NCBI GenBank assembly: GCA_017501565.1
Contig: JAFVWP010000137.1
Coordinates: forward strand, 1,381-65,380
DNA length: 64,000 nucleotides
Direction of reading: 5' to 3'
Origin: Elusimicrobiaceae bacterium
Lineage (GTDB): Bacteria > Elusimicrobiota > Elusimicrobia > Elusimicrobiales > Elusimicrobiaceae
Part shown: positions 41,517 to 50,783 of the stretch, piece after piece
Position numbering within the stretch: position 1 is the first letter of the stretch
Layout of the letters: every line of letters starts with the position of its first letter
Translations under genes and position numbers: made by a program
Notes under the pieces: model-generated
Databases searched by the model: none
What the model saw: the letters and a program-made list of their open reading frames with translations, nothing else
What the model was told of the DNA's origin: nothing

Positions 41517-43218
41517 CTGTCTGATAATATTGATAGGATTTTTTGTAATAGCCGTATTTAGAGTAAGACATGGCCTTGGGTTGAAAGTGGCCCAGCACCG
41601 CACCTAAAATCTCAATACCCGCCTTGTTTAATTTATCCATTGCCGCCGCCGCCAAATGCGCATGCGTTTGCCCTTGTTTAAGCACAAATACCGCCCGGGG
41701 AATATAACGTCCCCACAATAAAGTATCCGAAACCGGCACAATGGCGGGGCAATCCACCAACACCTGGTCATAGTTTTTCTCTGCCCACGCAATTAAATCT
41801 GCCAAACGAGCCGAGTTCAAAAGCTCCGCCGGGTTGGGCGGGCGTTGACCCGCCGTCATTACAAAAAGATTTTCTACATCTGGCACTGCTTGCACATTAT
41901 AGCTATATTGGGCTTTTTCCCCTTCTTTTACCCAAAGATTACTCAAGCCTTTATCGGGTGACAGGTGAAACGCTTTATGCAGGCGGGAGCGGCGCAAATC
42001 CCCATCTATTAACAATGTCTTCTTTCCGGTTTGTGCCAGAGCAACAGCCAAATTGGTAGAGAGATGGCTTTTTCCTTCACCTTGCAAAGCACTTGTAATC
42101 AAAATGGGAGCATGCGGAGTTTTGGTTAAAGTAAAAGCCAGCATCGTGCGAATATTGCGCACGTTTTCTGCCAATAAGAAATGTCCTTCTTTCGTCATAA
42201 AGGCATATTCCGGCTCGTTCTTTTTAGTCTTTTCTTTAGGAACAAAACCCAAAAAAGCGACCCGGAGCTTTTTTTCCAAATCTTCGGCATTTTGAATGGT
42301 TTGGTCCAGGTAAGACAACACAAAAACAAACCCCAACCCCAGCAAACCGCCAGCCGACATACCGATTAATAAGTTTAAAAGTTTACGGGGCCGCACCGGG
42401 CTTTCGGCGGCGACGGCGGCATCTACTACGCGGATATTGTTGCCCGAAAATTGGCCGGACAACTCTATTTTAATGCTCTGCACCAAGCGTTTGGTTTCCA
42501 AAGCAATTTTATTTTGTACGGCGGCTAATTGCTTGTTTAAAGAAATCACTTCCGGGTGTTTTTGGGTATATTTGGCCGAGTATTGCGCCTGCTTGTTCAG
42601 CAGTTGCGCTTCTTGCAGTTTTAAGTTTTTAATAAAATCGCTATTAACCACTTGCGGCATGGAGTTCAAGAGCTCTTGGTCATCGCGGCTGCGCTCCGTG
42701 CTTTCCAACGCACGGATTACATCGGCCCCCATAGAAATTCTGTTTTTCACATTGTCTGCCACAAAAGTATCGGCTATTTCATTGGCTATTTCTGCCGATA
42801 AATGGCGGTCATACGCAGTCACGCTCACTTGCACCAAACGCGAACGCAACACAGGCACTACTTTTAATGATTTTAAAAGTTTTTTCCACCCGTAAGGATT
42901 TTTAAATTCATCATATTGGTTCAAATCCATTTTATCGTAAACTCTTTGCAACAGGTTACGGCTTTCCAATAGTTTATATTGCGTGCGGTAATAGTCTTCT
43001 GCCGAAGAAAAAGAAGTATAAGGATTGGTTTCTATTTTGCCCGCTTGCTCTTGATTAATCATCAGCAAAGCCGTAGATTGATAAGCCGGGCGCATAAAAG
43101 TATTGACCAATACCGCCCCCAAAAGCCCCAGCAATACAAAAGCCATCAGCACCCAACTATGTTTGAGTAGAATTTCAAAACATTGTGCAAGATTTATTTC
43201 TTCGTTTTTCTTTTCCAT
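41503..43218 (-). CDS. wzc: Wzc-like polysaccharide co-polymerase/BY-kinase
   Basis: Two TMs; Walker A GEGKS, A' LIDGD, B VLVD; C-terminal Tyr cluster YSKYGYYKKSYQYY. Confidence 0.93.
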   Translation of the reverse strand: MEKKNEEINLAQCFEILLKHSWVLMAFVLLGLLGAVLVNTFMRPAYQSTALLMINQEQAGKIETNPYTSFSSAEDYYRTQYKLLESRNLLQRVYDKMDLNQYDEFKNPYGWKKLLKSLKVVPVLRSRLVQVSVTAYDRHLSAEIANEIADTFVADNVKNRISMGADVIRALESTERSRDDQELLNSMPQVVNSDFIKNLKLQEAQLLNKQAQYSAKYTQKHPEVISLNKQLAAVQNKIALETKRLVQSIKIELSGQFSGNNIRVVDAAVAAESPVRPRKLLNLLIGMSAGGLLGLGFVFVLSYLDQTIQNAEDLEKKLRVAFLGFVPKEKTKKNEPEYAFMTKEGHFLLAENVRNIRTMLAFTLTKTPHAPILITSALQGEGKSHLSTNLAVALAQTGKKTLLIDGDLRRSRLHKAFHLSPDKGLSNLWVKEGEKAQYSYNVQAVPDVENLFVMTAGQRPPNPAELLNSARLADLIAWAEKNYDQVLVDCPAIVPVSDTLLWGRYIPRAVFVLKQGQTHAHLAAAAMDKLNKAGIEILGAVLGHFQPKAMSYSKYGYYKKSYQYYQTDEKE

Positions 43219-43227
43219 ATCCAACCC

Positions 43228-43872
43228 TTAAAACATACTTTGCGGCACAAAAACAATATCGCCCGCTTGCAACACCATATCCAACGCTTTATTGCCTTGC
43301 TTGGTAATTTGGGCAACATCTACGTCCAACGCGGTTTGTTGTCCGTTCTCCATACGCAAAACGCGCACCTTGCTGATAGCGGCCAAATCCGTAAATCCGC
43401 CCACGGAAGTAATTGCTTCCAATAAAGTAAGCGGTTTCTCAGGTAGCAAAGCAAGGGCCGCCGGTTTGGCTACCTGACCCAACACATACACATTGTGATT
43501 GCCATACTCTTTAATCAGCAAAGAAACTTGCGGGTCTTTAATATATTCTTCCAATGCAACCGCCAATACTTTTTCCGCTTGGGAAACGGACAGCCCGGCT
43601 ATTTGAATATTGCCTACCAGCGGATAAGTAATGGTACCGCCCGTGGATATGCGCAACGTGCGCAACATATCCTTTTCCATAAATACCTGTATTTCCAGCA
43701 AATCGCCCGGTTGCAGTTTATATTCCGCGCTGGTCTTTAATTGCGTCAAATTGTCGTTTAAAATTGTTTCGGTGGGCACTCCGGCAGGGATTTCCTGGCG
43801 CGGATCAGTGGCGGCACAAGCCCCCAAAAAGCCCAAAAGCAGAAAAAAGGAAAAATATTTGTATAGGTTCAT
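43228..43872 (-). CDS. wza: Short OPX/Wza-like export lipoprotein (Poly_export plus one SLBB)
   Basis: Lipobox LGAC, YKLQPGD, GTITYPLVG, VYVLGQV and LLEAI..GG; ends at GDIVFVPQSMF with no OM helix. Confidence 0.9.
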   Translation of the reverse strand: MNLYKYFSFFLLLGFLGACAATDPRQEIPAGVPTETILNDNLTQLKTSAEYKLQPGDLLEIQVFMEKDMLRTLRISTGGTITYPLVGNIQIAGLSVSQAEKVLAVALEEYIKDPQVSLLIKEYGNHNVYVLGQVAKPAALALLPEKPLTLLEAITSVGGFTDLAAISKVRVLRMENGQQTALDVDVAQITKQGNKALDMVLQAGDIVFVPQSMF

Positions 43873-43906
43873 TTTTATATTTTACTATATATCTTCCTAT
43901 ACAAAA

Positions 43907-45535
43907 CTAATCTAAAGTATTTATAAAAAGGGCAGATAATTCTTTTTCTTTAGGGTATTTTTTTAAGTATTTTTCAGCCAATGCGTGTGCTTGTTGGCGG
44001 TATTGTTTTTGTTGGGCAAGCGATATTTGGTTATCCAAACTTTTATGATAAAGTGAAAGCCCTAATTCCAACGCATAACGCGGAGACGGATAATAAGAAA
44101 GAACTTTTTGTTGATAGGCAATCTTTTGCTCAAATTTAAACCCCTTACCCAAGCGCCCCAACTGCCACGCAATCGTTTTGCACACCGGGACGTATAAACA
44201 AACCGCTAACAACAATCCCATAGCCGCTAAAACAAGCGGACGCACAGACTTCCTTTGGCCTTCTTCGCGCCAGAAAGTTTCCCCGCATAAAAGACCCGAT
44301 AAGATAAAAAAGAATACGCCACAAGCGGGAATATAAAAGTGAAAATCCACCATCGTCGCACACACAAAACCGGTTAAACCGCAAAAAATGCCCCCCATCA
44401 ATAATGCCTTGTGGCGGGGAAGAACAAAAAGACGTTTCAAAAGCCTTAAAATCCCCATTAGCAGTAAGAGCAGTAAAGGCACAGCGCCCACAAAACCCAC
44501 GCCGAGCAACAACTCTAATCCGTCGCTATGCAAACGCGCCACATATAGGTGCAGGGGTTTATCCATATAAACAGGAAGTACCACCGGCAAACTGCCTACG
44601 CCAAAACCAAAAAGGGGACGCTCTTTAAAAGCTTTTCCGGCCGCCTGATAGAGCTGCACACGGGTATCTGCCGAAAAGGACGAATTTCTTTTGGCAAAGG
44701 TTTGAATGGCGTTTTCGGCCTGAAGCCCGCCTATCAACAGCACTCCAAAAAATAACACAATCCCCAACACCGCACCTATTTTCTGCCAAGTCTTTTTAAG
44801 TAGTAAACAAACCGCTAAAACAGAAAAGCAAAACCCTGATACCCAAAAGGCCAACAACACCCCTCTGGAACGGCTAAACACCGCACTAAAGCAAAGCAGT
44901 AGCGACAAAAGCAACCAGACACTTTGTTTAGCATAAAAATCGGCCCGGCGGTTTTGCAAGGCATATTGGCGGCGCTGTGTTAAAAAACTCCCCCACAAAG
45001 CCAAAGCCGTAAAACCGCCCAAAAATAAAAAGATACCGCCGTTATTTCGGTTCAAAAAGGGTCCAACGCCGTCTTTAAGCCCGCTAAAAAATTTTAAATA
45101 TCCCCCGGGCCAAACCATGTGCAGCAGTGCCACCGCCCCGCAAATGCCACACAATCCCAGCAAAAAAAGCCGGGTTTCTTTCAGATTGCGGCACAAGCAG
45201 GCCGACAATACAAAAACGCTCCACCACAGCACAAATAAACCGGCATGCTCCAGCCCAAACAAAGGCATTACGCTAGAAGGATAAAAAGGCGGATTTTCCA
45301 ATAATGTAGTGGGAAAACACGTCTGCAACAGGGTATATAAGATAAGAAAGGCAAAGAAAAAAGAGAGTATTTTACCGACCGGTGAAAAATAAATTTTCCG
45401 TTGGCAAAAGTAGCTCACAAACAAGATTGAAAACAACACCTGATACGTACTTAAAGTCCAGGCTTGCGTACCGCCAAAAGCAAACACCAGAAAGGAAAAT
45501 AAAAACAAGAAAAAACTTTTATAAAACAGGCTCAT
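43907..45535 (-). CDS. O-antigen ligase/oligosaccharyltransferase-like membrane protein (Wzy_C)
   Basis: Many TMs; GPFLNRN, SRSRG, FGFGVGS and LHSDGLE motifs. The start position is uncertain. Confidence 0.75.
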   Translation of the reverse strand: MSLFYKSFFLFLFSFLVFAFGGTQAWTLSTYQVLFSILFVSYFCQRKIYFSPVGKILSFFFAFLILYTLLQTCFPTTLLENPPFYPSSVMPLFGLEHAGLFVLWWSVFVLSACLCRNLKETRLFLLGLCGICGAVALLHMVWPGGYLKFFSGLKDGVGPFLNRNNGGIFLFLGGFTALALWGSFLTQRRQYALQNRRADFYAKQSVWLLLSLLLCFSAVFSRSRGVLLAFWVSGFCFSVLAVCLLLKKTWQKIGAVLGIVLFFGVLLIGGLQAENAIQTFAKRNSSFSADTRVQLYQAAGKAFKERPLFGFGVGSLPVVLPVYMDKPLHLYVARLHSDGLELLLGVGFVGAVPLLLLLLMGILRLLKRLFVLPRHKALLMGGIFCGLTGFVCATMVDFHFYIPACGVFFFILSGLLCGETFWREEGQRKSVRPLVLAAMGLLLAVCLYVPVCKTIAWQLGRLGKGFKFEQKIAYQQKVLSYYPSPRYALELGLSLYHKSLDNQISLAQQKQYRQQAHALAEKYLKKYPKEKELSALFINTLD

Positions 45536-45574
45536 ACCTTTCATTCTATAAAATTTGATATATTGGAATAAGTT

Positions 45575-46039
45575 ATGAAAATATGTTTTGTCTGCCAAGC
45601 CAACATTTGCCGAAGTTTTGTAGCGCAACAATTGCTCCAACACCTTTTAACGCAAAATAAAAAGCCGAATATAGAGATTATTTCCCGCGGGATTTATACT
45701 TCACCCGCTTATGCGGTGCCGGATAAAATCAAAAATTTTTTGGCCCAAAAACAAATTTTGCCACAAGCTCACACACCTGTATTGCTCTCTAAGCAAGATT
45801 TGGCCCAAAGCGATTTGGTATTAGTCATGACGCAAGAACAATGGGATTTTGTATTTAATCAAGCCCCGCAATTTACCGACAAATATCACTTATTGGCTGA
45901 ATATGCCCTGGGGCAAGAGCAAGACATAGAAGACCCCATTTCTTTGACAGGCAAAGCGTTTGACCGGGTCATGACCCAATTAGAAAAGGCCGTCTTGGAA
46001 GTTTACCGAAAAATTACCCGTCCCGATACCGCCCTATAA
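45575..46039 (+). CDS. wzb: Low-molecular-weight protein tyrosine phosphatase (Wzb-like)
   Basis: CQANICRS (CX5R) and DIEDP. Confidence 0.9.
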   Translation: MKICFVCQANICRSFVAQQLLQHLLTQNKKPNIEIISRGIYTSPAYAVPDKIKNFLAQKQILPQAHTPVLLSKQDLAQSDLVLVMTQEQWDFVFNQAPQFTDKYHLLAEYALGQEQDIEDPISLTGKAFDRVMTQLEKAVLEVYRKITRPDTAL

Positions 46040-46936
46040 GCGCTCTGTCGCCGCATCAAAAGCAATGACAAAATGACGTTCCCTTTTTTCGGGTGGGGGC
46101 ACTTGCATATAGTCTTTTCCGTAAATAGAGCTTAAATAAATTTTGGGTTGCTGGGGCAAAACTACTTCTACCCCTTCAAACAGCCCCTTCTTACCGGGCA
46201 AATAAATATCTTTGGAAAGGACATTATTAAAATATCTGCCGCAAGCAATGGTCATCAGATGGCTTTTGCGGCCCGACATCATTTTATCGGCCCAATTACA
46301 CCAGGTCCGGTGCGGAATGACCGACAAACCTTTGCCAAACATTTTGCGAATAAAAAAGGCCGATTTTGTTTTGCGGCTTTGGCTCATAAAAAGAGCCATT
46401 TCCGCGCTGGGGTATTGCGCGTAAAAAACAGACACCGCTATTTGGCATAACAAATTACAAAACGCGCCTTTTATCCAACGTAAAAATTTATTTTCAGGCG
46501 CATAGTCTAACGGAAAAATATCTATATAAATGCCTTTAGGAAAAGAAGTTTGCGTATCGGATATTTCCAAAAACAAAGTGCCTTTTTTATAGATTTTGGT
46601 GAAATTATTTTTAGATTCTTTGCCGGTATTAGGGGCTGTAAACTCGTATTTATCGCCTAATTCCCGCTCAAAAATAGTAAAAAATTTAGGCAAATCTTTT
46701 CGCAAAACCAACAGGTCCAAATCGTCGTCCCAAGGGATAAAGCCCCCATGGCGCACCGCCCCCAAACAAGAGCCAAAGCCCAACATATACGTTATATGAT
46801 GTTTTTCAAAAACACGCATCAAGTCTTGCAACATTTCAAGCAATGCTTTTTTCAGTTGTGCTTTTTCTTCTTCCGTTAAAGCATGCAATTGTGTGCTTTT
46901 GCGTGCCAAAACATTCATATCGGCCGTTGTGCCCAT
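46034..46936 (-). CDS. licD: LicD-family CDP-alcohol phosphotransferase
   Basis: GSCLGAVRHGGFIPWDDDLD, IDIFPLD and YL..IYG.DYMQVPP. Confidence 0.92.
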   Translation of the reverse strand: MGTTADMNVLARKSTQLHALTEEEKAQLKKALLEMLQDLMRVFEKHHITYMLGFGSCLGAVRHGGFIPWDDDLDLLVLRKDLPKFFTIFERELGDKYEFTAPNTGKESKNNFTKIYKKGTLFLEISDTQTSFPKGIYIDIFPLDYAPENKFLRWIKGAFCNLLCQIAVSVFYAQYPSAEMALFMSQSRKTKSAFFIRKMFGKGLSVIPHRTWCNWADKMMSGRKSHLMTIACGRYFNNVLSKDIYLPGKKGLFEGVEVVLPQQPKIYLSSIYGKDYMQVPPPEKRERHFVIAFDAATERL

Positions 46937-46949
46937 ATTTTTCCCCTTT

Positions 46950-48155
46950 CTATTTTCCGTCAAAAAATCTTTGGTATATTTTTTTAACCAGCGTAACACA
47001 AAAAGGCTTTATTCCCAAAAGTTCGCGCAATAAAGCGTTCAAAGGCTCTTTTCGCCATCGCACAAAAAATTCGGACCGCTTAGCATGCGGTATGCAAGAG
47101 CGGAAAATAGCCGGATTATGCAACATAGCCTGGCGGGCGTCTATCTCCATCGTTTTTATCCCGCTTTTACGCACATATTCGGCCCCTTTAGGCGTATTTA
47201 CCCCCAAGAAAGAAACTCCTTCGTGTTTATTCTTAGGAGTTAAAATATCCGGCCACTCGCCCCACAAATCCCCCAGCGTTACATCGGCCATGCGTTTTTC
47301 CAAATCTTTAGACAGACACAAGTGGCAACTCGGCCGCAGAAAAAGCCCCGCCAAATATCCGCGCAGAAAAAGATTGTGAAACACAAAAGCAGGCGTCATG
47401 GAAAAGAAAGAAAAAATTTTCTCAGCCAAGGTTTGTTTTTGGCTGTGCGCTACCCATTGCCTGCCGACACGAAAACCTAAAAAATACCGGCTCCAACCGC
47501 CGTCTTTTTTACGAAAATTAATCTCTTGCGGAAAAGTGGACGGGAAATTTTCCCGCAAAAATCTTTGCCACACGCCCGTAGAGGCCACACCCAAGCAAAT
47601 AAGTTGTGCCGTTAACAAATGCGCGTAATCTTTATTTAAATAATTACGCAGACCGGCTATTTGGCAAGGAGTGCCCACAAACAGCACACGCCGCCCTTGC
47701 TCCAAAAATTCGTGCGCCTGCCGATAGCTTTGACCAATATCGCTTTGCACATATTTGGAACGGCGCAATTTATCCAAGTCTGACTCGTTATCCACCCATT
47801 GATGAAACACGCGGTATCTTTCATCAAAACAGGCCCCAAACACTACCCCTTTTTCCTTTAATATTTCTTCTGCCAGGGCCGAAAAAACACCCCCCGAAGA
47901 ACTTTTGAGTAAAATTTCCATTTGGCCATGTCGGGCCGCATACACTTGCTGTTGGACAAACATATCGGGCTTGCGCAAAGAAGGGCAGACCGAACGGCAA
48001 AGCCCGCAACCGATGCACCGGGCATGATCTATATGCGGATACAAAAAGCCTTCTCCGTCCGCTTCCATAGAAATACACCCATGCGTGCAAATATTTACGC
48101 ACGCCTGGCAACCGCTGCATTTGTTTTTATCTACTACCGGGATCATCTGTTCCAT
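46950..48155 (-). CDS. FrhB-like (F420 hydrogenase beta-like) oxidoreductase with two 4Fe-4S motifs
   Basis: CSGCQACVNIC, CIGCGLCRSVCP, SSSGG, SKYVQS, GTPCQ, RPSCHLC and DVTLGDLWG. Confidence 0.88.
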   Translation of the reverse strand: MEQMIPVVDKNKCSGCQACVNICTHGCISMEADGEGFLYPHIDHARCIGCGLCRSVCPSLRKPDMFVQQQVYAARHGQMEILLKSSSGGVFSALAEEILKEKGVVFGACFDERYRVFHQWVDNESDLDKLRRSKYVQSDIGQSYRQAHEFLEQGRRVLFVGTPCQIAGLRNYLNKDYAHLLTAQLICLGVASTGVWQRFLRENFPSTFPQEINFRKKDGGWSRYFLGFRVGRQWVAHSQKQTLAEKIFSFFSMTPAFVFHNLFLRGYLAGLFLRPSCHLCLSKDLEKRMADVTLGDLWGEWPDILTPKNKHEGVSFLGVNTPKGAEYVRKSGIKTMEIDARQAMLHNPAIFRSCIPHAKRSEFFVRWRKEPLNALLRELLGIKPFCVTLVKKIYQRFFDGK

Positions 48156-49648
48156 ATTTTTCTAAAAGGAGCTTTCAATAAATTTTTTTCGTATTCGTTC
48201 ATTGCCAAAAACCACATCGCAGCACCATACAACAAGCTAAAGCCGACAATTTCCGCTCCCAAGCTCCAAATACAAAGCGGCCACGTCAGCACATTTTTTA
48301 ACAGCATCATCAGGCCCACCGGCAAAAGCATACAAAGCCACAAACGCACGATTTGCGCGAAAAAAGACTTTATGCAAAAACCAAGCCTAGCATAATAAAT
48401 ATTTAAAATAATTCCTTGCCCCAACAGCAAGCACCCCGCCGTAACGGCCGCACAGGCCATTGCGCCGTAGTGTTTAGCCAAAGGGACCGCCACCAACACA
48501 TTCAGCACCGCAATCAAGGCAAACACTACCGCCCGAAAAGCGTGTTTATTTCTGGCTTGTAAAATAAAAATGCCGGTATTTTGAATTAAAGGTAAAATCA
48601 GAGCCGCCATCAAAAGTAATGTATAAGCATAAGCCGGCAAAAAGTTTTCTCCCGCCCACAGCCGTAAAAAGGATTTACCGAACAAAGCAAATCCCCAAAA
48701 AAACAACATCACCACATAACACTGCAAACGGCCCACTTTAAGAAAAATCTGATTCATTTCCGTCATAGAGCCTTTGGCCGCCAAGGCCGACAAATGCGGT
48801 AAAAACACACCGCTCATATTGGCAGACACATTCATATAAGAAAGGCACAATTGCACAGCCACGGCATATACGGCCACCACCATTGTACCGCTGATCGCAC
48901 CTAAAATCAATTGGCCGCTTTTCCAATAAATCTGGTCCATAACCGCATTTAAAAAAATGAAAAAAGAAAAGAATAAAATTTCTTTTACAAAGGGCCTATC
49001 CCAACCATGTAAACGAAAACGTACTTTTAATTGAAACAAACAATAATACACATTGGCTAAGAATAAGGCAAAATTGCAAAGTGTCTGCACGCACACCAAA
49101 GCAATGATATTGGCCCGAAAATGCAAAACCACAAACACCAAAACCGGCTGTAAAATGATATTCAAAAGAGTCGCACATCGTAAAAAAATAAATTTTTCAT
49201 GCGATTGGATAATCGCCGAAAAAATATGCCCCGGTATCACAAACGCCACATTTATAAGCATAATGGCATAGACATATTTGGCCGTCAGCATATCGGCCGA
49301 AGAAAGCGTTTTGGCATAAAAAGGAACAAGTACTTGCCAAAGCCCCGCACCGACCAATAAAATCAAAACGGAAATGCCTCCATAAATACGCAACATCGTC
49401 GCCAACAGGTTTTCTTGTTTTTCGCGGTCCTGTTGTGCCAAAAAGCGGGAATAATAACGAATGGTGGTATTGGAAAGGCCAAAGTCCATAATAGCGATAT
49501 ATGCAATCATAGAACCGACCAATTGGTACAAGCCATATTGCTGTTGGCTTAAAAAAGCCAGCAACATTGGCACATACAACAAGCCGATCAGGCCGTTGAT
49601 CCCCATGGTCAAATAAGAAAGCAAAACGCCTATTTTTCGCTGGTTCAT
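48143..49648 (-). CDS. wzx: Wzx flippase
   Basis: About 12-14 TMs; YGLYQLVGS..Y..IMDFGL start motif. Confidence 0.88.
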   Translation of the reverse strand: MNQRKIGVLLSYLTMGINGLIGLLYVPMLLAFLSQQQYGLYQLVGSMIAYIAIMDFGLSNTTIRYYSRFLAQQDREKQENLLATMLRIYGGISVLILLVGAGLWQVLVPFYAKTLSSADMLTAKYVYAIMLINVAFVIPGHIFSAIIQSHEKFIFLRCATLLNIILQPVLVFVVLHFRANIIALVCVQTLCNFALFLANVYYCLFQLKVRFRLHGWDRPFVKEILFFSFFIFLNAVMDQIYWKSGQLILGAISGTMVVAVYAVAVQLCLSYMNVSANMSGVFLPHLSALAAKGSMTEMNQIFLKVGRLQCYVVMLFFWGFALFGKSFLRLWAGENFLPAYAYTLLLMAALILPLIQNTGIFILQARNKHAFRAVVFALIAVLNVLVAVPLAKHYGAMACAAVTAGCLLLGQGIILNIYYARLGFCIKSFFAQIVRLWLCMLLPVGLMMLLKNVLTWPLCIWSLGAEIVGFSLLYGAAMWFLAMNEYEKNLLKAPFRKIWNR

Positions 49649-49654
49649 ACCCTT

Positions 49655-50755
49655 TTAAGATAAATATTGCTTTAACAACTGCGCAATTTTTTCACAAGCG
49701 TGTCCGTCTCCGTAAGGATTGACGGACGTGCTCATTCGGCGTAAAAGGGACGGCTCAGACAGCAACTCTTTACACGCCAGGTATATCTTTTCTTGTGAAG
49801 TTCCTGCCAAGCGCAAAATACCGCTGTTTACCCCTTCCGGGCGTTCGGTGGTATCCCTTAACACTAAAACAGGTTTAGCCAAGGCACAGGCTTCTTCTTG
49901 TATGCCGCCGCTATCGGTTAAAATAAACTCACTGCGCGACATAATATTATGAAAATCAACCACCCCCAAAGGTGCGGTCAGGCAAATCCGCTCTTGGCCC
50001 GTCAAATATTGTTGGGCCAAAGCCGTTACTTGCGGGTTCGGGTGAACAGGATAAAGCACTTTTACATTTTCAAATTCGTCCGCTATTTGCCGCACCGCCC
50101 GAAAAATATGCGTCATTTTTTTTCCCCAATTTTCGCGGCGGTGTGCTGTCAGTAAAATTAAACGGCTTCCTTGCGCCCAGGTTAAAAGCGGGTGAGAATA
50201 GTTCGGCAAAAGAGTCGTATTCAAAGCATCTACGATCGTGTTACCGGTTACAAAAATATGTTCGGCTTTTTTTCCTTCTCTTAATAAATTTTCTTTTGCA
50301 ACGGAAGTAGGCGCAAAATGCAAAGCAGCCGTCAGGGATACGGCTTGGCGGTTGAACTCTTCCGGAAAGGGAGCGTAAATATCACCGGTGCGAAGCCCCG
50401 CTTCCACATGGCCCACCGGTATTTGCAAGTAATAACAGGCCAAAGCCGCGGCAAAAGAAGTGGTGGTATCTCCGTGCACCAACACCATATCGGGCTTTTC
50501 CCGCAAAAGAACCGGCGGAAAAGCATGAAGCACCGCCGCAGTAATATCAAAAAGTGTTTGGGCATTTTTCATAATGGACAAATCATAATCCGCCACTACC
50601 GAAAAAGCCTGCAAAACCTGGTCTAACATTTGGCGGTGTTGGCCTGTTACGCATACTTTTACGTCGCACCAAGACAGGGTCTTGAGCACTTTTACCAACG
50701 GACACATTTTAATAGCTTCCGGGCGTGTACCGAAAACCAACATGATTTTTTTCAT
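49655..50755 (-). CDS. wecB: UDP-GlcNAc 2-epimerase (non-hydrolysing)
   Basis: FGTRPEAIKM, TGQHRQML, VHGDT, HVEAGLR, PEEFNR and TDSGGIQEE. Confidence 0.96.
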   Translation of the reverse strand: MKKIMLVFGTRPEAIKMCPLVKVLKTLSWCDVKVCVTGQHRQMLDQVLQAFSVVADYDLSIMKNAQTLFDITAAVLHAFPPVLLREKPDMVLVHGDTTTSFAAALACYYLQIPVGHVEAGLRTGDIYAPFPEEFNRQAVSLTAALHFAPTSVAKENLLREGKKAEHIFVTGNTIVDALNTTLLPNYSHPLLTWAQGSRLILLTAHRRENWGKKMTHIFRAVRQIADEFENVKVLYPVHPNPQVTALAQQYLTGQERICLTAPLGVVDFHNIMSRSEFILTDSGGIQEEACALAKPVLVLRDTTERPEGVNSGILRLAGTSQEKIYLACKELLSEPSLLRRMSTSVNPYGDGHACEKIAQLLKQYLS

Positions 50756-50783
50756 TTAAATGGCTCCCTGTTGCTTAAAAATC

